Below, piece after piece: positions 1 to 10,834 of a DNA stretch of 64,000 bases. Source of the stretch: Elusimicrobiota bacterium. GTDB lineage: Bacteria; Elusimicrobiota; Elusimicrobia; UBA1565. The DNA lies in contig JACRDU010000120.1 in assembly GCA_016218495.1 (NCBI GenBank), positions 13,578 to 77,577 of the forward strand. Direction: 5' to 3'. The notes under the pieces were generated by a model that saw only the letters and a program-made list of their open reading frames with translations, did not search any database and was not told the origin of the DNA. The position numbers were made by a program, and so were the translations under genes. Each line of letters begins with the position of its first letter. Positions within the stretch are counted from its first letter, which is position 1.

Positions 1-879
1 GTCGTCGGGGGTCCCGCCCAGCGCCCACGGGACTACGTGGTCGTACTCGAGGAAGGCGCGGGTCCCGCAGCGGCCGGCCGGTCCCACGAAGGCGCAGGCG
101 CCTGCGTCGCGGCGCCAGACCTCCGCCTTGACCGCAGCGGGGATGTTCCGGGTCTTCGGAGCCTGAGCGGGAATCGCCGCCGCTCGAGCAGGCGGGTGCC
201 TGCGGTCGGGGTCGATCCTTTCGAGCAGCGCCTTGAGCGCCTCCGCGAAGATGTCCTCCAGCCGGGCGAATGGATATTTGTGACGCAGGAGTTCCTTGGC
301 GCGCTCGACGCCGAGGAGGACGCTCTCTGCCGCCGTGAAGGAAAATTGGACCACCGATGGTCGCGGGGATTCAACGGCAGGTTGGGCCACAGGTTGGACC
401 GCCTTGAATAGGTCCGCGGCCAGATTCGGTTCCGCCCTCCCCCCCGTCGTTGGCTGTTGCTTTGGCCCCAGGAGACGGATGCGGTCCGCAACGACCGGCT
501 GCGGGTTGAGTTCGGCGACGAGTTTGTCGATCTCGCGAGTGCTCCGTCCTGCCGCCCGCCTCAGCACTTCCCGATAGTTTTTACGCGTCAAGATGGGCTC
601 AAGACGAGCCACCCCTGTCACTGTCAAAATCCCTAACGCGACCATGCGATAGATCACCGGGAACTTCGCCGCAGCGCGCGCCGTATGGATGCGGCGCATC
701 GCGGTCCCTTCGGAAAAACGGAGCTTGCGCGTACAGTAGACGAACAGAGATGGGAATCCCTTCTTGTCTACGGCCCTGCGCCGTTCCAATTCCGAAAGAC
801 GACGAAGGATTCGGACCAAGTCCACGCGCTCCTCGCGCGCCAGCGCTTCCAACGACGTCATTATCTCGTCATCGGACAT
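1..879 (-). CDS. HNH endonuclease (DUF222-like N-terminal domain + HNH nuclease motif), partial: 3' end runs off window start
   Basis: Manual minus-strand translation from ATG at 877-879 is open to position 1. It reads MSDDEIMTSLEALAREERVDLV...IPAAVKAEVWRRDAGACAFVGPAGRCGTRAFLEYDHVVPWALGG, which has the CxxC...H...P..GG HNH signature. It is not in the ORF track because it is open-ended. The supplied 33..491 ORF is the other frame, across a 7-G run, and is Arg-rich junk. Local GC is lower than the surrounding DNA. Confidence 0.6.
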   Translation of the reverse strand, partial: MSDDEIMTSLEALAREERVDLVRILRRLSELERRRAVDKKGFPSLFVYCTRKLRFSEGTAMRRIHTARAAAKFPVIYRMVALGILTVTGVARLEPILTRKNYREVLRRAAGRSTREIDKLVAELNPQPVVADRIRLLGPKQQPTTGGRAEPNLAADLFKAVQPVAQPAVESPRPSVVQFSFTAAESVLLGVERAKELLRHKYPFARLEDIFAEALKALLERIDPDRRHPPARAAAIPAQAPKTRNIPAAVKAEVWRRDAGACAFVGPAGRCGTRAFLEYDHVVPWALGGTPDD

Positions 880-1002
880 ATCCGCGATCCGTTCGCGCAC
901 ATCCCCTCCCTGAGGCTCCAATGCAAGTACGCGCCAGGGGGCAGAATGGTTCCCTAAGGATGCAGAAATATGAAAATTGTTGATTTAAAAATAAGCGCAA
1001 TC

Positions 1003-1022
1003 CACCGTCGGCGCCGACGGTG
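1003..1022 (-). terminator. GC-rich 20-bp perfect palindrome (caccgtcggc/gccgacggtg) in an AT-rich spacer downstream of lpd; on the minus strand it is followed by a T-rich stretch; putative rho-independent terminator of the pdh operon
   Basis: The perfect inverted repeat is read directly. The T-run is not immediately adjacent, about 9 nt away on the minus strand, so the call is tentative. Confidence 0.35.
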
Positions 1023-1091
1023 TATTCGGCATGTTTTATAAGGATTTTTTTTAGAAATTCTGCGCGCTGGGCAGCATCACCGCAGCAGAAT

Positions 1092-2522
1092 TCAAGCCTT
1101 CGCGGCCGCCGCGGGCTTCTTCGGGCGGTAGGCGTGGGTGCAGTGGCCGAAGAACATCTCCGCGGCCTCCATCACGGTCTCCGACAGGGTCGGATGGGCG
1201 TGGATGGTCAGGGCCAGGTCGGAGGCCTTGGCGCCCATCTCGACGGCCAGGGTCCCCTCGGCGATGAGCTCCCCCGCCCCGGGGCCGGCGATGCCGACGC
1301 CGAGCACGCGTTCGCTGCCCGGCTCGATGACGAGCTTGGTGAGGCCGTCCTGGCGCCCCAAGGTCTGGGCGCGCCCCGAGGCGCCCCACATGAACTTGGC
1401 AACCTCGACGGCCTTGCCCTCGGCCGCCGCCTGCGTCTCGGTCAGCCCGCAGTAGGCGATCTCGGGGTCGGTGAAGACGACGGCGGGGATGGCGGCGGGA
1501 GCGAAGGCGGCCCGCTTGCCGACGGCGGCGTCCACGGCGACGCGCCCCTCGTGCGCGGCCTTGTGGGCCAGCATGGGCTGGCCGGCCAGATCGCCGATGG
1601 CGAAGATGGAAGGCTCGGCCGTGCGGCGGTCGGGGCCGACGACGACGAAGCCCGCCCGGTCGGTCTGGACCTTGGTCTTCTCCAGCCCCAGCCCGTCGGA
1701 GTTGGGCCGGCGGCCGACGGAATAGAGCAGGGCGTCGAACTCGAGCTCGCGCTTGCCGTCCTTCGCCTCCACCTCGACCTTGAGCGCGGAGCCCGTGTCC
1801 TTGACCGATACCACCTTCGTCTCCAGGAACACGCCGCCCTTGCACAGGGCCTGGGCGCGCTTGGCCAGCGGCGCCACCAGGTCGCGGTCGCAGCCGGGCA
1901 GCAGCCCCGGCGTCATCTCGACGACGGTGACCGTGGAGCCCAGCTCGGCGTAGACGGTGGCCATCTCCATCCCGATGTAGCCCCCTCCCAGCACTAGCAG
2001 GCGCGGCGGGACGGAGCGCAGCTCCAAGGCCGCGGTGGAGTCCCAGACCCGCGGAGAGTCCGGGAGGAAGGGCAGCTTCACCGAGCGCGAGCCGGCGGCG
2101 AGGACGCAGTGCTCGAACTGGAGCGAGTCCTTCGTCCCGTCGGCCTTGGCGATGTCGAGGCTGTTCGGACCGCTCAGGACGGCGCGGCCCTGCACCATGC
2201 GGATCTTGCGCAGCTTGGCCAGCTGGGCGGTCCCGCCGGTGAGCTTGCGCACCACGCCGTCCTTGTACGCGCGCAGCGCCGACAGGTCGATCTCGGGGGC
2301 GCCGAACTTCACGCCGTAGTGCGTCGCCTCGCGGGCCAGAGAGATGGTGTGCGCGGCGTGGAGCAGTGCCTTCGACGGGATGCAGCCGCGCCAGACGCAG
2401 ACGCCGCCCGGGGCGGGCTCGGTGTCGACGAGGACGGTGTCCAGGCCCAGGTCGGCCGCGTAGAAGGCCGCCGCGTACCCGCCGGGCCCTCCTCCGACGA
2501 CGACGATGCGCGCCTTATCCAT
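1092..2522 (-). CDS. lpdA: dihydrolipoyl dehydrogenase (E3 component)
   Basis: 476-aa ORF. N-terminal FAD motif [14 protein letters not shown] and redox-active disulfide [10 protein letters not shown]. Overlaps the E2 gene by 8 nt. Confidence 0.9.
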   Translation of the reverse strand: MDKARIVVVGGGPGGYAAAFYAADLGLDTVLVDTEPAPGGVCVWRGCIPSKALLHAAHTISLAREATHYGVKFGAPEIDLSALRAYKDGVVRKLTGGTAQLAKLRKIRMVQGRAVLSGPNSLDIAKADGTKDSLQFEHCVLAAGSRSVKLPFLPDSPRVWDSTAALELRSVPPRLLVLGGGYIGMEMATVYAELGSTVTVVEMTPGLLPGCDRDLVAPLAKRAQALCKGGVFLETKVVSVKDTGSALKVEVEAKDGKRELEFDALLYSVGRRPNSDGLGLEKTKVQTDRAGFVVVGPDRRTAEPSIFAIGDLAGQPMLAHKAAHEGRVAVDAAVGKRAAFAPAAIPAVVFTDPEIAYCGLTETQAAAEGKAVEVAKFMWGASGRAQTLGRQDGLTKLVIEPGSERVLGVGIAGPGAGELIAEGTLAVEMGAKASDLALTIHAHPTLSETVMEAAEMFFGHCTHAYRPKKPAAAAKA

Positions 2523-3774
2523 GACCTTCCTCCTCGAGGGCCAGCACCAGCGGCTGGGCCAGGGCTTCGGCCACCCAGCGCAGGAAGCGGGCCGCGTCGG
2601 CCCCGTCGATGACCCGGTGGTCGTATGAGAGCGAGAGCGGCATCATCAGGCGCGGCACGAACTCGCCGTCCTTGAAGACCGGCTCCCAGTTGGACCGGGA
2701 CAGGCCCAGGATGGCGGCCTCCGGCCAGTTCACGATGGGCGTGAAGCCCGTCCCCCCGATGCCGCCGAGGTTGGTGATAGTGAAGCACCCCCCCGACATG
2801 TCGTCGGCGGAGAGCTTCTTGTCGCGGGCCTTCTGGGCGAGCAGGCCGACCTCGGAGGCGATGGCCTTGAGCCCCTTCTTGTCGGCGTCGCGCAATACGG
2901 GGACCAGCAGGCCGCGGTCGGTGTCCACGGCCAGGCCGATGTGGCAATAGGACTTCCACACCACGGCCTCGGCCGCCTCGTCCACGCTGACGTTGAACTG
3001 CGGGAACCGCCGCAGGGCGGCGGCGCAGACCTTCACCGCCAGGGCGGTCGCCGTCAGGCCGACGCCGGCCTTCTTCGCGTAGCCCTTGCGGAACTCCTCG
3101 AACTCGGTGACGTCGGCCTTGTCGCTCTGCGTGACGTGGGGGATGCGCGTCCAGGCCAGGCTCATGTGGCGCGCCGTGGCGCGGCGCACCGCCGTCATCG
3201 GCTTGCGCTCAACGGGACCCCACTTGGCCAAGTCCGGCAGGGGGGCCGGCGCGCCGGCGCCGCCGGCGGGCTGGGCGGCCCGGGCGCGGGCATAGGCCTT
3301 CACGTCCTCGATGGAGATGCGCCCGTCGGAGCCGGAACCCCGCACCAAGGAGATGTCGACGCCTATCTCCCGGGCGAACTTGCGCACGCTGGGGGCGGCG
3401 GGGCCCGACGGGGCGGCGGGCTCGGCGACCGGAGCGGGCGTGAGCGCGGCGGGAGCGGGGGCTTTGGGGGCCGGAGCGGGAGCCGCGGAGGCGGGCGGGG
3501 CCGCGGGCTCCGGGGCTCCGTTGCCCGCGACGGGGGCCGGCCCCTCGAGCGTCAGCAGGACCTGCCCGGGCTTCACCTTGTCGCCGACCTTGACGCGCAG
3601 GTCGGCCACGCGGCCGGCCGTCGTCGAAGGCACCTCCACCGAGGCCTTGTCGGTCTCGACCTCGAGCAAGGGCTGGTCCTTGCGCACGGAGTCCCCGGCC
3701 TTCACGAGGACCTTCACCACGTCGCCCTGCTTGATGTTCTCCCCGAGTTCGGGGAGGCGGAATTCGATGCTCAT
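2515..3774 (-). CDS. aceF: dihydrolipoamide acetyltransferase (pyruvate dehydrogenase E2)
   Basis: N-terminal lipoyl domain with the ETDKA lysine motif, an Ala/Pro-rich linker, and a C-terminal catalytic domain with DHRVIDGA. Confidence 0.9.
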   Translation of the reverse strand: MSIEFRLPELGENIKQGDVVKVLVKAGDSVRKDQPLLEVETDKASVEVPSTTAGRVADLRVKVGDKVKPGQVLLTLEGPAPVAGNGAPEPAAPPASAAPAPAPKAPAPAALTPAPVAEPAAPSGPAAPSVRKFAREIGVDISLVRGSGSDGRISIEDVKAYARARAAQPAGGAGAPAPLPDLAKWGPVERKPMTAVRRATARHMSLAWTRIPHVTQSDKADVTEFEEFRKGYAKKAGVGLTATALAVKVCAAALRRFPQFNVSVDEAAEAVVWKSYCHIGLAVDTDRGLLVPVLRDADKKGLKAIASEVGLLAQKARDKKLSADDMSGGCFTITNLGGIGGTGFTPIVNWPEAAILGLSRSNWEPVFKDGEFVPRLMMPLSLSYDHRVIDGADAARFLRWVAEALAQPLVLALEEEGHG

Positions 3775-3780
3775 GGTCCC

Positions 3781-6447
3781 TCAGCGGGTCAGCGGGTCGG
3801 GCCGCGAGGCGTCCAGCCCCAGCGACTTCTGGGCCTCGGCCAGGGCCTTGGCGTCCAGCTTGCCTTCCTTGAAGAGGCCGTAGAGGGCCCCATAGGCGAT
3901 GTTCTTGGCGTCGACCTCGAAGAAGTCGCGCAGCGCCTCGCGCGTCTCGGAACGGCCGAAGCCGTCGCAGCCCAGGAGCACCGGCGGACGCGGGAAGCGC
4001 GCGGCGACGGCGGCGGGCAGGGCCTTGATGTAGTCGGTGGCGACCACGATGGGCCCTGGGGCGCCGGCCAGCGCACCCTCCAGCCAGGAACGGCGCTGCG
4101 CGCCGCCGGGGTTCTGGCGGTTCCAGCGTTCGACGGACTCGGCGTCGTTGTAGAGGCACTTCCAGCTGGTGGCGCTCCAGACGTCGGCCGCGACGCCGAA
4201 GCGCTCCGACAGGATTTCCTGCGCCTTCAGCGCCTCGTTGACGATGGCGCCCGAGGCGATGAGCTGGGCCTTGAGGGGCTTCTCAGCCGCGGCCCTGAGG
4301 AAGCGGTACAGGCCCTTGAGGATGCCCTCGGCGCTGCCCTCCGGCATGGCGGGCTGGGCGTAGTTCTCGTTGCCCACCGTCACGTAATAGAAGACGTCTT
4401 CCTGCTCGACGTACATCCGGCGGATGCCGTCCTGCACGATGAGGCCCAGCTCGAAGGCGAAGGCCGGGTCGTAGGCCAGGAGGTTCGGCACGGGCAGGGC
4501 CAAGACGTGGCTGTTGCCGTCCAGGTGCTGCAGGCCTTCCCCGGCCAAGGTGGTCCGTCCGGAGGTGCCTCCGACGAGGAAGCCCTTGCAGCGGATGTCC
4601 CCGGCGGCCCAGACCAGGTCGCCGACGCGCTGCAGCCCGAACATGGAGTAGTAGATGAAGAACGGGATGGTGTTGATGCCGTGGGTGGCGTAGGCCGTCC
4701 CCGCGGCGATGAAGGAGGACATCGAGCCGGCCTCGGTGATGCCTTCCTCGAGGATCTGGCCGTCCTGCACCTCCTTGTAATAGATGAGCTGGTCGGAGTC
4801 CACCGGCTCATAGAGCTGGCCGACATGGGAGTAGATGCCGCACTGCCTGAACAGCGCCTCCATGCCGAAGGTGCGCGCCTCGTCCGGGACGACCGGGACC
4901 ACGAGGCGGCCCACGCTCGGGTCCTTGAGCAGCTTGGTCAGCAGGCGCACGAACACCATCGTGGTCGAGACGGCGCGTCCTTCGGTCCCCTTGTCGAACT
5001 CCGTGAACAGCGCGGCGGGGACCGGCGCGAGGGGCGGCGCCGACGGCTTGCGGGCCGGCAGGGGCCCGCCCAGCGCCAGCCGGCGCGCGCGCAGGTAGCG
5101 CAGCTCGGGGCTGTCGTCCTTGGGGCGGTAGAACGGGGCGTTCGCCACCTGCTCGTCGGAGATGGGGATGCCGAAGCGCGAGCGGAACTCCCGGAGCTCG
5201 TCCTCGTTGAGCTTCTTCTGCTGGTGGGTGATGTTGCGGCCCTCGCCGGCCTCGCCGAGGCCGTAGCCCTTGATGGTGTTGATGAGGACGACGGTGGGCT
5301 GGCCCTTGTGCTCGGTGGCGGCCTTGTAGGCGGTGTAGACCTTCTGCACGTCGTGGCCGCCGCGGGTCAGCTTGCGGACCTCCTCGTCGGAGAGGTGCTC
5401 GACGAGCCTGAGCAGGCGCGGGTCCTTCCCGAAGAAGTGCTTGCGGATGTAGGCGCCGGACTCGACGATGTACTTCTGCAGCTCCCCGTCGACGAGCTCG
5501 TTCATGCGCCGGATCAGCGCGCCGTCGGTGTCGGCTTTGAGCAGGGCGTCCCAGTCCGAGCCCCAGATGACCTTGATGACGTTCCAGCCCGCGCCCCGGA
5601 AGAGCGCCTCCAGCTCCTGGATGATCTGGCCGTTGCCGCGCACCGGTCCATCGAGGCGCTGCAGGTTGCAGTTGACGACGAAGATGAGGTTGTCGAGCTT
5701 CTCGCGCCCGGCCAGGGACAGCGAGCCCAGCGACTCCGGCTCGTCGGTCTCCCCGTCTCCCAGGAAGGCCCAGACCTTGGCGTCGGAAGGCGCCTTCAGC
5801 CCGCGATCCTCGAGGTAGCGGTTGAAGCGGGCCTGGTAGATGGCCATGAGCGGGCTCAGGCCCATCGACACCGTGGGGAACTGCCAGAAGTCGGGCATCA
5901 GCCAGGGATGCGGATAGGAGGAGAGGCCCCCCCCCGCCTTGAGCTCGCGCCGGAAGTTCTCCAGGCGTTCCAGCGGCAGGCGCCCTTCCAGGTAGGCGCG
6001 GGCGTAGATGCCGGGGGCGCAGTGCCCCTGGATGTAGATGAGGTCGCCCTCCGAGGCGGGCCCCTTCCCCCTGAAGAAGTGGTTGAAGCCGACCTCGTAG
6101 AGGGTGGCCGCCGAGGCGAAGGTGGAGATGTGGCCGCCGATGCCCTCGCTGGTCCGGTTGGCCCTCACGACCATGGCCATGGCGTTCCAGCGGATGAGGC
6201 TCTTGATGCGCTGCTCGAGCTCGTCGTCGCCCGGGTAGGCGGGCTCCTGGTCGGCGGGGACGGTGTTGATGTAGGGGGTTCGGGCGGTGAAGGGGATGCG
6301 CACGCCCTGGCCGTGGACGAAGGTCTCCAGGCGTTTGAGCAGGTCGATGACGGTGGCGTGGCCCTTGCGCTCCAGGATGTCCTTGATGGACTCCAGCCAC
6401 TCCCGCGTCTCGACGTCGTCCAGCGCTTCGATGGTCTCGTTCCCCAT
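3781..6447 (-). CDS. aceE: pyruvate dehydrogenase E1 component, homodimeric type
   Basis: 888 aa, with an N-terminus typical of AceE (ETREWLESI...). It sits directly upstream of E2/E3 on the same strand. Confidence 0.9.
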   Translation of the reverse strand: MGNETIEALDDVETREWLESIKDILERKGHATVIDLLKRLETFVHGQGVRIPFTARTPYINTVPADQEPAYPGDDELEQRIKSLIRWNAMAMVVRANRTSEGIGGHISTFASAATLYEVGFNHFFRGKGPASEGDLIYIQGHCAPGIYARAYLEGRLPLERLENFRRELKAGGGLSSYPHPWLMPDFWQFPTVSMGLSPLMAIYQARFNRYLEDRGLKAPSDAKVWAFLGDGETDEPESLGSLSLAGREKLDNLIFVVNCNLQRLDGPVRGNGQIIQELEALFRGAGWNVIKVIWGSDWDALLKADTDGALIRRMNELVDGELQKYIVESGAYIRKHFFGKDPRLLRLVEHLSDEEVRKLTRGGHDVQKVYTAYKAATEHKGQPTVVLINTIKGYGLGEAGEGRNITHQQKKLNEDELREFRSRFGIPISDEQVANAPFYRPKDDSPELRYLRARRLALGGPLPARKPSAPPLAPVPAALFTEFDKGTEGRAVSTTMVFVRLLTKLLKDPSVGRLVVPVVPDEARTFGMEALFRQCGIYSHVGQLYEPVDSDQLIYYKEVQDGQILEEGITEAGSMSSFIAAGTAYATHGINTIPFFIYYSMFGLQRVGDLVWAAGDIRCKGFLVGGTSGRTTLAGEGLQHLDGNSHVLALPVPNLLAYDPAFAFELGLIVQDGIRRMYVEQEDVFYYVTVGNENYAQPAMPEGSAEGILKGLYRFLRAAAEKPLKAQLIASGAIVNEALKAQEILSERFGVAADVWSATSWKCLYNDAESVERWNRQNPGGAQRRSWLEGALAGAPGPIVVATDYIKALPAAVAARFPRPPVLLGCDGFGRSETREALRDFFEVDAKNIAYGALYGLFKEGKLDAKALAEAQKSLGLDASRPDPLTR

Positions 6448-6467
6448 AGGAATGGGGATTCTACCAA

Positions 6468-7424
6468 TTATTCGAGGCGGAGGACTTTGGCGGGGTCGGC
6501 CGAAGGGGAGACGCCCAGCGCCTCGAGCACGGCGGCCTGGCGGTCGAACTTGTTGCCGGCCGTGAACGCCCCCCAGAAGGCGCCCAGCCCCCCCATCAGG
6601 GCCGGATAGGACATGCAGGGCAGGGGATAGTCGGTCCCGAACAGGAACCGTCCCCTGAGCTCCGGGCGCGAGGTCAGGCGCAGCAGCGCCCCCACCCGGT
6701 TGGGTAGCGTCAACGCCGACAGGTCCACGAAGAAGTTCGGATACTTGGCCATCATGGCGTCCATGGTGGCCAGGTGCGGCTCTTGGAAGAAAATCCCGTT
6801 CGAGCAGCCGTGGGCCGCGATGACCTTCACCCCCGCCTCCAGCGCGGGAATCAGCCGCTGCGGGAAGCCCACGCTCTGGTCGTGCCCGATGAGGGTGAAC
6901 TCGAAGCCGATGTGCGACAAGAGCGGCAGCCCCAGGGACGCCATCTTCTTCCAGACCGGGGACAGCGCCTTGTCCGCCGGGTCGAACACCATGGCGTTGG
7001 GCAGGACCTTGTTCAGCACGGCTCCCAACCCCGCCGCCCGGTCCAGCTCGTCGAGGGCGTCGCGCCGCATCGGGTTCACCGAGGCCCCCAGCAGCAGCTT
7101 GGGGGAGGCCTTGCAGGCCTGCGCCGCATAGTCGTTCGAGATGACGAACTCCGTATGGGCCTCGTCGAGGCGGCCCGAGGCGTCGTACACCCCGTCCATG
7201 GCCAGGACTACGGCCTTGGCCAGCTTCCGCGAACCCTCCACCTCCTTGACGAGGGTCGCCAGGTACTTGGCGTTGGCCTCTTCCGGGCGGTCCAGCGGCA
7301 GCCCCTGCAGGGCCGCCACCATGCGCGCCGCCGGGGAGTTCAGCATCTTCCTCGAGATCCGGCAGCCGTTCGCCTTGGTGGGCAGGGCCGCCAGATGGCA
7401 GTGCACGTCGATGAAGCCGCTCAC
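6468..7424 (-). CDS. metal-dependent amidohydrolase-family (TIM-barrel) hydrolase
   Basis: 318 aa. N-terminal FIDVHCHL metal-binding motif typical of the amidohydrolase-2/TatD-like fold. Overlaps the upstream fusion gene stop (ATGA). Confidence 0.6.
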   Translation of the reverse strand: MSGFIDVHCHLAALPTKANGCRISRKMLNSPAARMVAALQGLPLDRPEEANAKYLATLVKEVEGSRKLAKAVVLAMDGVYDASGRLDEAHTEFVISNDYAAQACKASPKLLLGASVNPMRRDALDELDRAAGLGAVLNKVLPNAMVFDPADKALSPVWKKMASLGLPLLSHIGFEFTLIGHDQSVGFPQRLIPALEAGVKVIAAHGCSNGIFFQEPHLATMDAMMAKYPNFFVDLSALTLPNRVGALLRLTSRPELRGRFLFGTDYPLPCMSYPALMGGLGAFWGAFTAGNKFDRQAAVLEALGVSPSADPAKVLRLE

Positions 7425-10400
7425 GGCGCCTCCAGCTCCTTCGCCTTGGCCTTAAGCGCGGCCATGTCCAGCTTCCCCGAGCCCAACAGCGGGAAGGACT
7501 CGACGGAGTGGAATGACTCCTTGCCCGGCAGCCACAGGTTCGGCAGGCCTTCCGCCTTGAGCTTCACCAGTATCCCATCCACGTCTTGGGCGCCCTTCAT
7601 CAGGACCACCAGGCGCTCCCCCCTCTTCTCATCCGCCACGGCCGCCACCACGAAGGTCTGCTCCAGCGTCCCCACGGCTTTGTGGAGCGACTCCTCCACC
7701 TTGATGTGGGGCACCATCTCGCCGGCGATCTTCGAGAAGCGGCTCAGGCGGTCGGTGATGGTGAGGAAGCCGTCGTCGTCGAAGGAGGCGATGTCGCCGG
7801 TGATGTAGTAGCCGTCGCGCATCACCTCCGCCGTCTTCTTGGCGTCGTCCAGATAGCCCTGCATCACGTTCGGCCCCTTCACGAGGAGGAGGCCGGCCGT
7901 CCCGTTCGGGAGCTCCGCCCCCGAATCCGGGTCGACGACCTTCATCAGCACGCCCGGCAGGGGATGGCCGATGGTCCCGAGCTTGGTCCCGGTCTGGCGC
8001 ACCGAGCCCAAGCGCACATCGGGGACGTTGATGGACGCCACAGGCGAGAGCTCGGTGGAGCCGTAGCCTTCCAGAGGGAAGAGCCCGTACTTCTCCTTGA
8101 AGGCGCGCGCCACGTCCTCGCGCAGCTTCTCGGCTCCCACCACCACATAGCGCAGGGACTTGAACATCTCCGGCTCCACCCGGCGCATGTAGGAGATGAG
8201 GAAGGACGGCGTGCCGAGCAGGAAGGTCGCCCGGTGGTCCCTGGCCAGCTGGCCCACGGTCTTCGCGTCCAGCGGATTGGGATGGTAGACGGCGGCGAAG
8301 CCGGCGGTCATCGGCAGCCACAGCGCCCCGGTGTGGCCGAAGGAGTGGAAGAAGGGCAGCACGCCCAGCAGGACGTCGTCGGGCACGGCCTGGTAGACCT
8401 GGCCCAGGGCCTCGATGTTGGCCTGGATGTTCCGGTGGGTGAGGACCACGCCCTTCGGCACGCCCGTGGAGCCGCTGGTGAAAATGACGGTGGCCGTGTC
8501 GCTCAAAGGACGGCGCGCCCTGGACAAGGCCAGGGGCTCCGCCACGCATCGCGGCAGGAGCATCACCGCGGCGGCCCGGAGGGCCGGCGTCAGCCTCGGG
8601 GCGCCCTGCAGCAGGTCCTCGATGAAGACCATCTCCGGCGAGGCCTCCCAGCCCAGCTTCTCGAGGAAGCGCCTCGAGGTCAGCACCCCCGCCGAACGCG
8701 CGCGCCGGGCGCAGTCGAGGGCGGTGTCGCGCGCGGCCGTGTAGTTCAGGTTGACCGTGGCGCGGCCCTCGAGCAGCACGCCCAGGTTCGCCAGCGCCCC
8801 GCCCACGCTGGGCGGCAGGAGGATGGCCACCGGCCCCGCTCCGGGCCAGCGCCCGCGCACCGCTTCGCCGACGGCCAGCGCCGCGACCAGCGCCTTGAGG
8901 AAGGAGAGGTCCTTGCCCATCGAGTCGGCCAGCGCGGGACGGCGCCAGCGTCGGCGGGCGGCGCGCGCGAAGGACACGCCCAGGGCCGGGGTCTCCTCGA
9001 GCCGGCGCGCGAAGGCCTGGGAGCCCAGCTCCAGCACCGCGGCGCGCACCGCGGCGGCGGAGGAGACGGAGGGCAGAGGCGCCCCGAAGCTGACGGTGAC
9101 CGGATAGGGGAGCTTGCGCGGCAGCTTGAAGAAGAACTTGCCGCCGGCGAAGCTGAAGACCGAGCCCCAGACCCGGTCCAGGTGCACCGGGACGACGGGG
9201 GCGTCCAGCCCCTTCACGATGTGCTCGAAGCCCTTCTTGAAGCGCAGCATCTGGCCGTGGCGGGTGATCTCCCCCTCGGCGAAGATGCAGACCACCTCCC
9301 CGGAGGCCACGGCGTCCCGCGCCGCCTTGAGCGAGTGGACGATCTGGCGCGGGCCGTCGGCGTCGGCGATGGGGACGCAGCCCATGGCCTTGACGAACGG
9401 GTGCAGCACCGGGTGCTCGTAGTAGCCCCGGTACATCACGAAGCGCGGGATGCGCCGGCAGGCCGAGGCGATGAAGATGGCGTCGAGGAAGGAGACATGG
9501 TTGGCGACGAGCAGCGCCCCGCCGCGCGCCGGGACGTTGCGCGCGCCCTCCACCTCGATGCGGTAGAAGAGGTTGGCCAGCGGATAGAGCGAGAGCCGCA
9601 GCAGGAAGTCGGGGAGCCGCCAGGCGATGAAGGCCGCGACGACGGCCGTCATGGCCGAAGCCACCAGGAAGACCTGCGCGGCCGAGAGGCGGAAGACGCC
9701 CTCCATCGCCCAGAGGAAGCCCGAGGCGGCGAGGACGCCGGAGAAGGCCAGCGTGTTCCCCGCCGCGATGAGGCGCCCGCGGCGTTCGGAGGGCGCGCGC
9801 TGCTGGATGAAGGCCTGCAGCGGCACCGCGTAGAACCCCGCGAAGAGGCCGAGCAGGAGCAGGCCGGCGGCGGTGGCTCCGACGGACGGGGCCGTGAACG
9901 CCAGCGCGGCCGAGGCCGCCACCAGGCCGGCCGCCCCCACCGGGACCAGCCCCAGCTCGACGCGCTCGCGCGATAGGCGTCCGGCGAGGAAGCTGCCCAG
10001 CCCGATGCCCACCGCCATCGCCGCCTGCAGCATGCCCAAGGCGGCCTCGCCCAAGCCCAGCGCCGAGCGTCCGTAGACCAGCAGGTTCATCTGCAGCGCC
10101 GCCGCCAGGAACCAGAAGTAAGCCGCTCCGACGGTGGCCTCCAGGATGCCCGGCTCCCCGCGCAGGGCCGCCATGTCGGCCGCGGCCCGCCTCAGGAGGC
10201 CGCCGTCCATGGTGCCGGCGCCGACGGCGGGCAGCTCGGGGAGGCGCCGGACGCAGAGCAGTCCGGCGGCGGACGCCGCGCAGAAGAAGGCGCCCGCCGC
10301 GGCCGGCGGGGCCGATTGCGCCAGGAAGCCTGCCGACAGCGTGCCGAGCACGATGCCCATGAAGGAGGTGGTCTGGACCAGGCCGTTCGCGTAGGAAAGG

Positions 10401-10804
10401 TCCTCGTCTTCGACCAGCTCCGGCAGCACGGCGAGCTTGGCCGGGCCGAACAGCGCGGCCTGCGCGCCCAGCAGCGCCAGCACCAGCATCAGCCCGGGGA
10501 CGCTCCCCGCGGCCAGGACGGGCAGGGCGAGCAGGAACAGGGCGAGCTCGGCGGCCTTGAGCCTGAAGAGCAGCCGGCGCTTGGGGAGCCGGTCGGCCCA
10601 GGCCCCGCCCAGCGGCGACAGGACCACGAAGGGCAGGACGAAGAGGGCGCCGGCCGCCGCGATGAGGCGGCCGGCGTCCCCTGCCCCGAACCTCCCCACC
10701 GCCCACAGCGCCACGTACGTCTTGAAGGCGTTGTCGGCGAAGGTGCCCAGGGCCTGCGTCCAGAGCAGGCCCCGGAACCCCGGGGAGCGCGTCGAACTGG
10801 GCAT
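7421..10804 (-). CDS. aas: tri-domain fusion: MFS lysophospholipid transporter (LplT-like) + PlsC-type acyltransferase + acyl-ACP synthetase (Aas-like AMP-binding)
   Basis: 1127 aa. The N-terminal ~400 aa is a 12-TM MFS. The middle has the HxxxxD acyltransferase motif (ANHVSFLD) and FAEGEITR. The C-terminus is an AMP-binding ligase (TSGSTGVPKGV, GYGSTE). Confidence 0.8.
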   Translation of the reverse strand: MPSSTRSPGFRGLLWTQALGTFADNAFKTYVALWAVGRFGAGDAGRLIAAAGALFVLPFVVLSPLGGAWADRLPKRRLLFRLKAAELALFLLALPVLAAGSVPGLMLVLALLGAQAALFGPAKLAVLPELVEDEDLSYANGLVQTTSFMGIVLGTLSAGFLAQSAPPAAAGAFFCAASAAGLLCVRRLPELPAVGAGTMDGGLLRRAAADMAALRGEPGILEATVGAAYFWFLAAALQMNLLVYGRSALGLGEAALGMLQAAMAVGIGLGSFLAGRLSRERVELGLVPVGAAGLVAASAALAFTAPSVGATAAGLLLLGLFAGFYAVPLQAFIQQRAPSERRGRLIAAGNTLAFSGVLAASGFLWAMEGVFRLSAAQVFLVASAMTAVVAAFIAWRLPDFLLRLSLYPLANLFYRIEVEGARNVPARGGALLVANHVSFLDAIFIASACRRIPRFVMYRGYYEHPVLHPFVKAMGCVPIADADGPRQIVHSLKAARDAVASGEVVCIFAEGEITRHGQMLRFKKGFEHIVKGLDAPVVPVHLDRVWGSVFSFAGGKFFFKLPRKLPYPVTVSFGAPLPSVSSAAAVRAAVLELGSQAFARRLEETPALGVSFARAARRRWRRPALADSMGKDLSFLKALVAALAVGEAVRGRWPGAGPVAILLPPSVGGALANLGVLLEGRATVNLNYTAARDTALDCARRARSAGVLTSRRFLEKLGWEASPEMVFIEDLLQGAPRLTPALRAAAVMLLPRCVAEPLALSRARRPLSDTATVIFTSGSTGVPKGVVLTHRNIQANIEALGQVYQAVPDDVLLGVLPFFHSFGHTGALWLPMTAGFAAVYHPNPLDAKTVGQLARDHRATFLLGTPSFLISYMRRVEPEMFKSLRYVVVGAEKLREDVARAFKEKYGLFPLEGYGSTELSPVASINVPDVRLGSVRQTGTKLGTIGHPLPGVLMKVVDPDSGAELPNGTAGLLLVKGPNVMQGYLDDAKKTAEVMRDGYYITGDIASFDDDGFLTITDRLSRFSKIAGEMVPHIKVEESLHKAVGTLEQTFVVAAVADEKRGERLVVLMKGAQDVDGILVKLKAEGLPNLWLPGKESFHSVESFPLLGSGKLDMAALKAKAKELEAP

Positions 10805-10834
10805 CAGGAGCCCAGAATCAATTTAGATGCCGTC

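Noticed and set aside
33-491. 152-aa minus-strand ORF from the track
   Set aside because: Arg/Ser-rich junk. The adjacent frame, connected through a G7 run, gives a clean HNH endonuclease instead.
2941-6609. 1222-aa plus-strand ORF, and similar long ORFs such as 7629..10706 (-), 13512..15290 (-), 17385..19328 (-), 23302..25416 (-), 34610..36559 (-), 44807..47416 (-)
   Set aside because: Extremely Arg/Gly/Pro/Ala-rich translations with no motifs, lying antisense or out of frame to well-supported enzymes such as aceE. These are the stop-poor shadow ORFs expected at ~70% GC.
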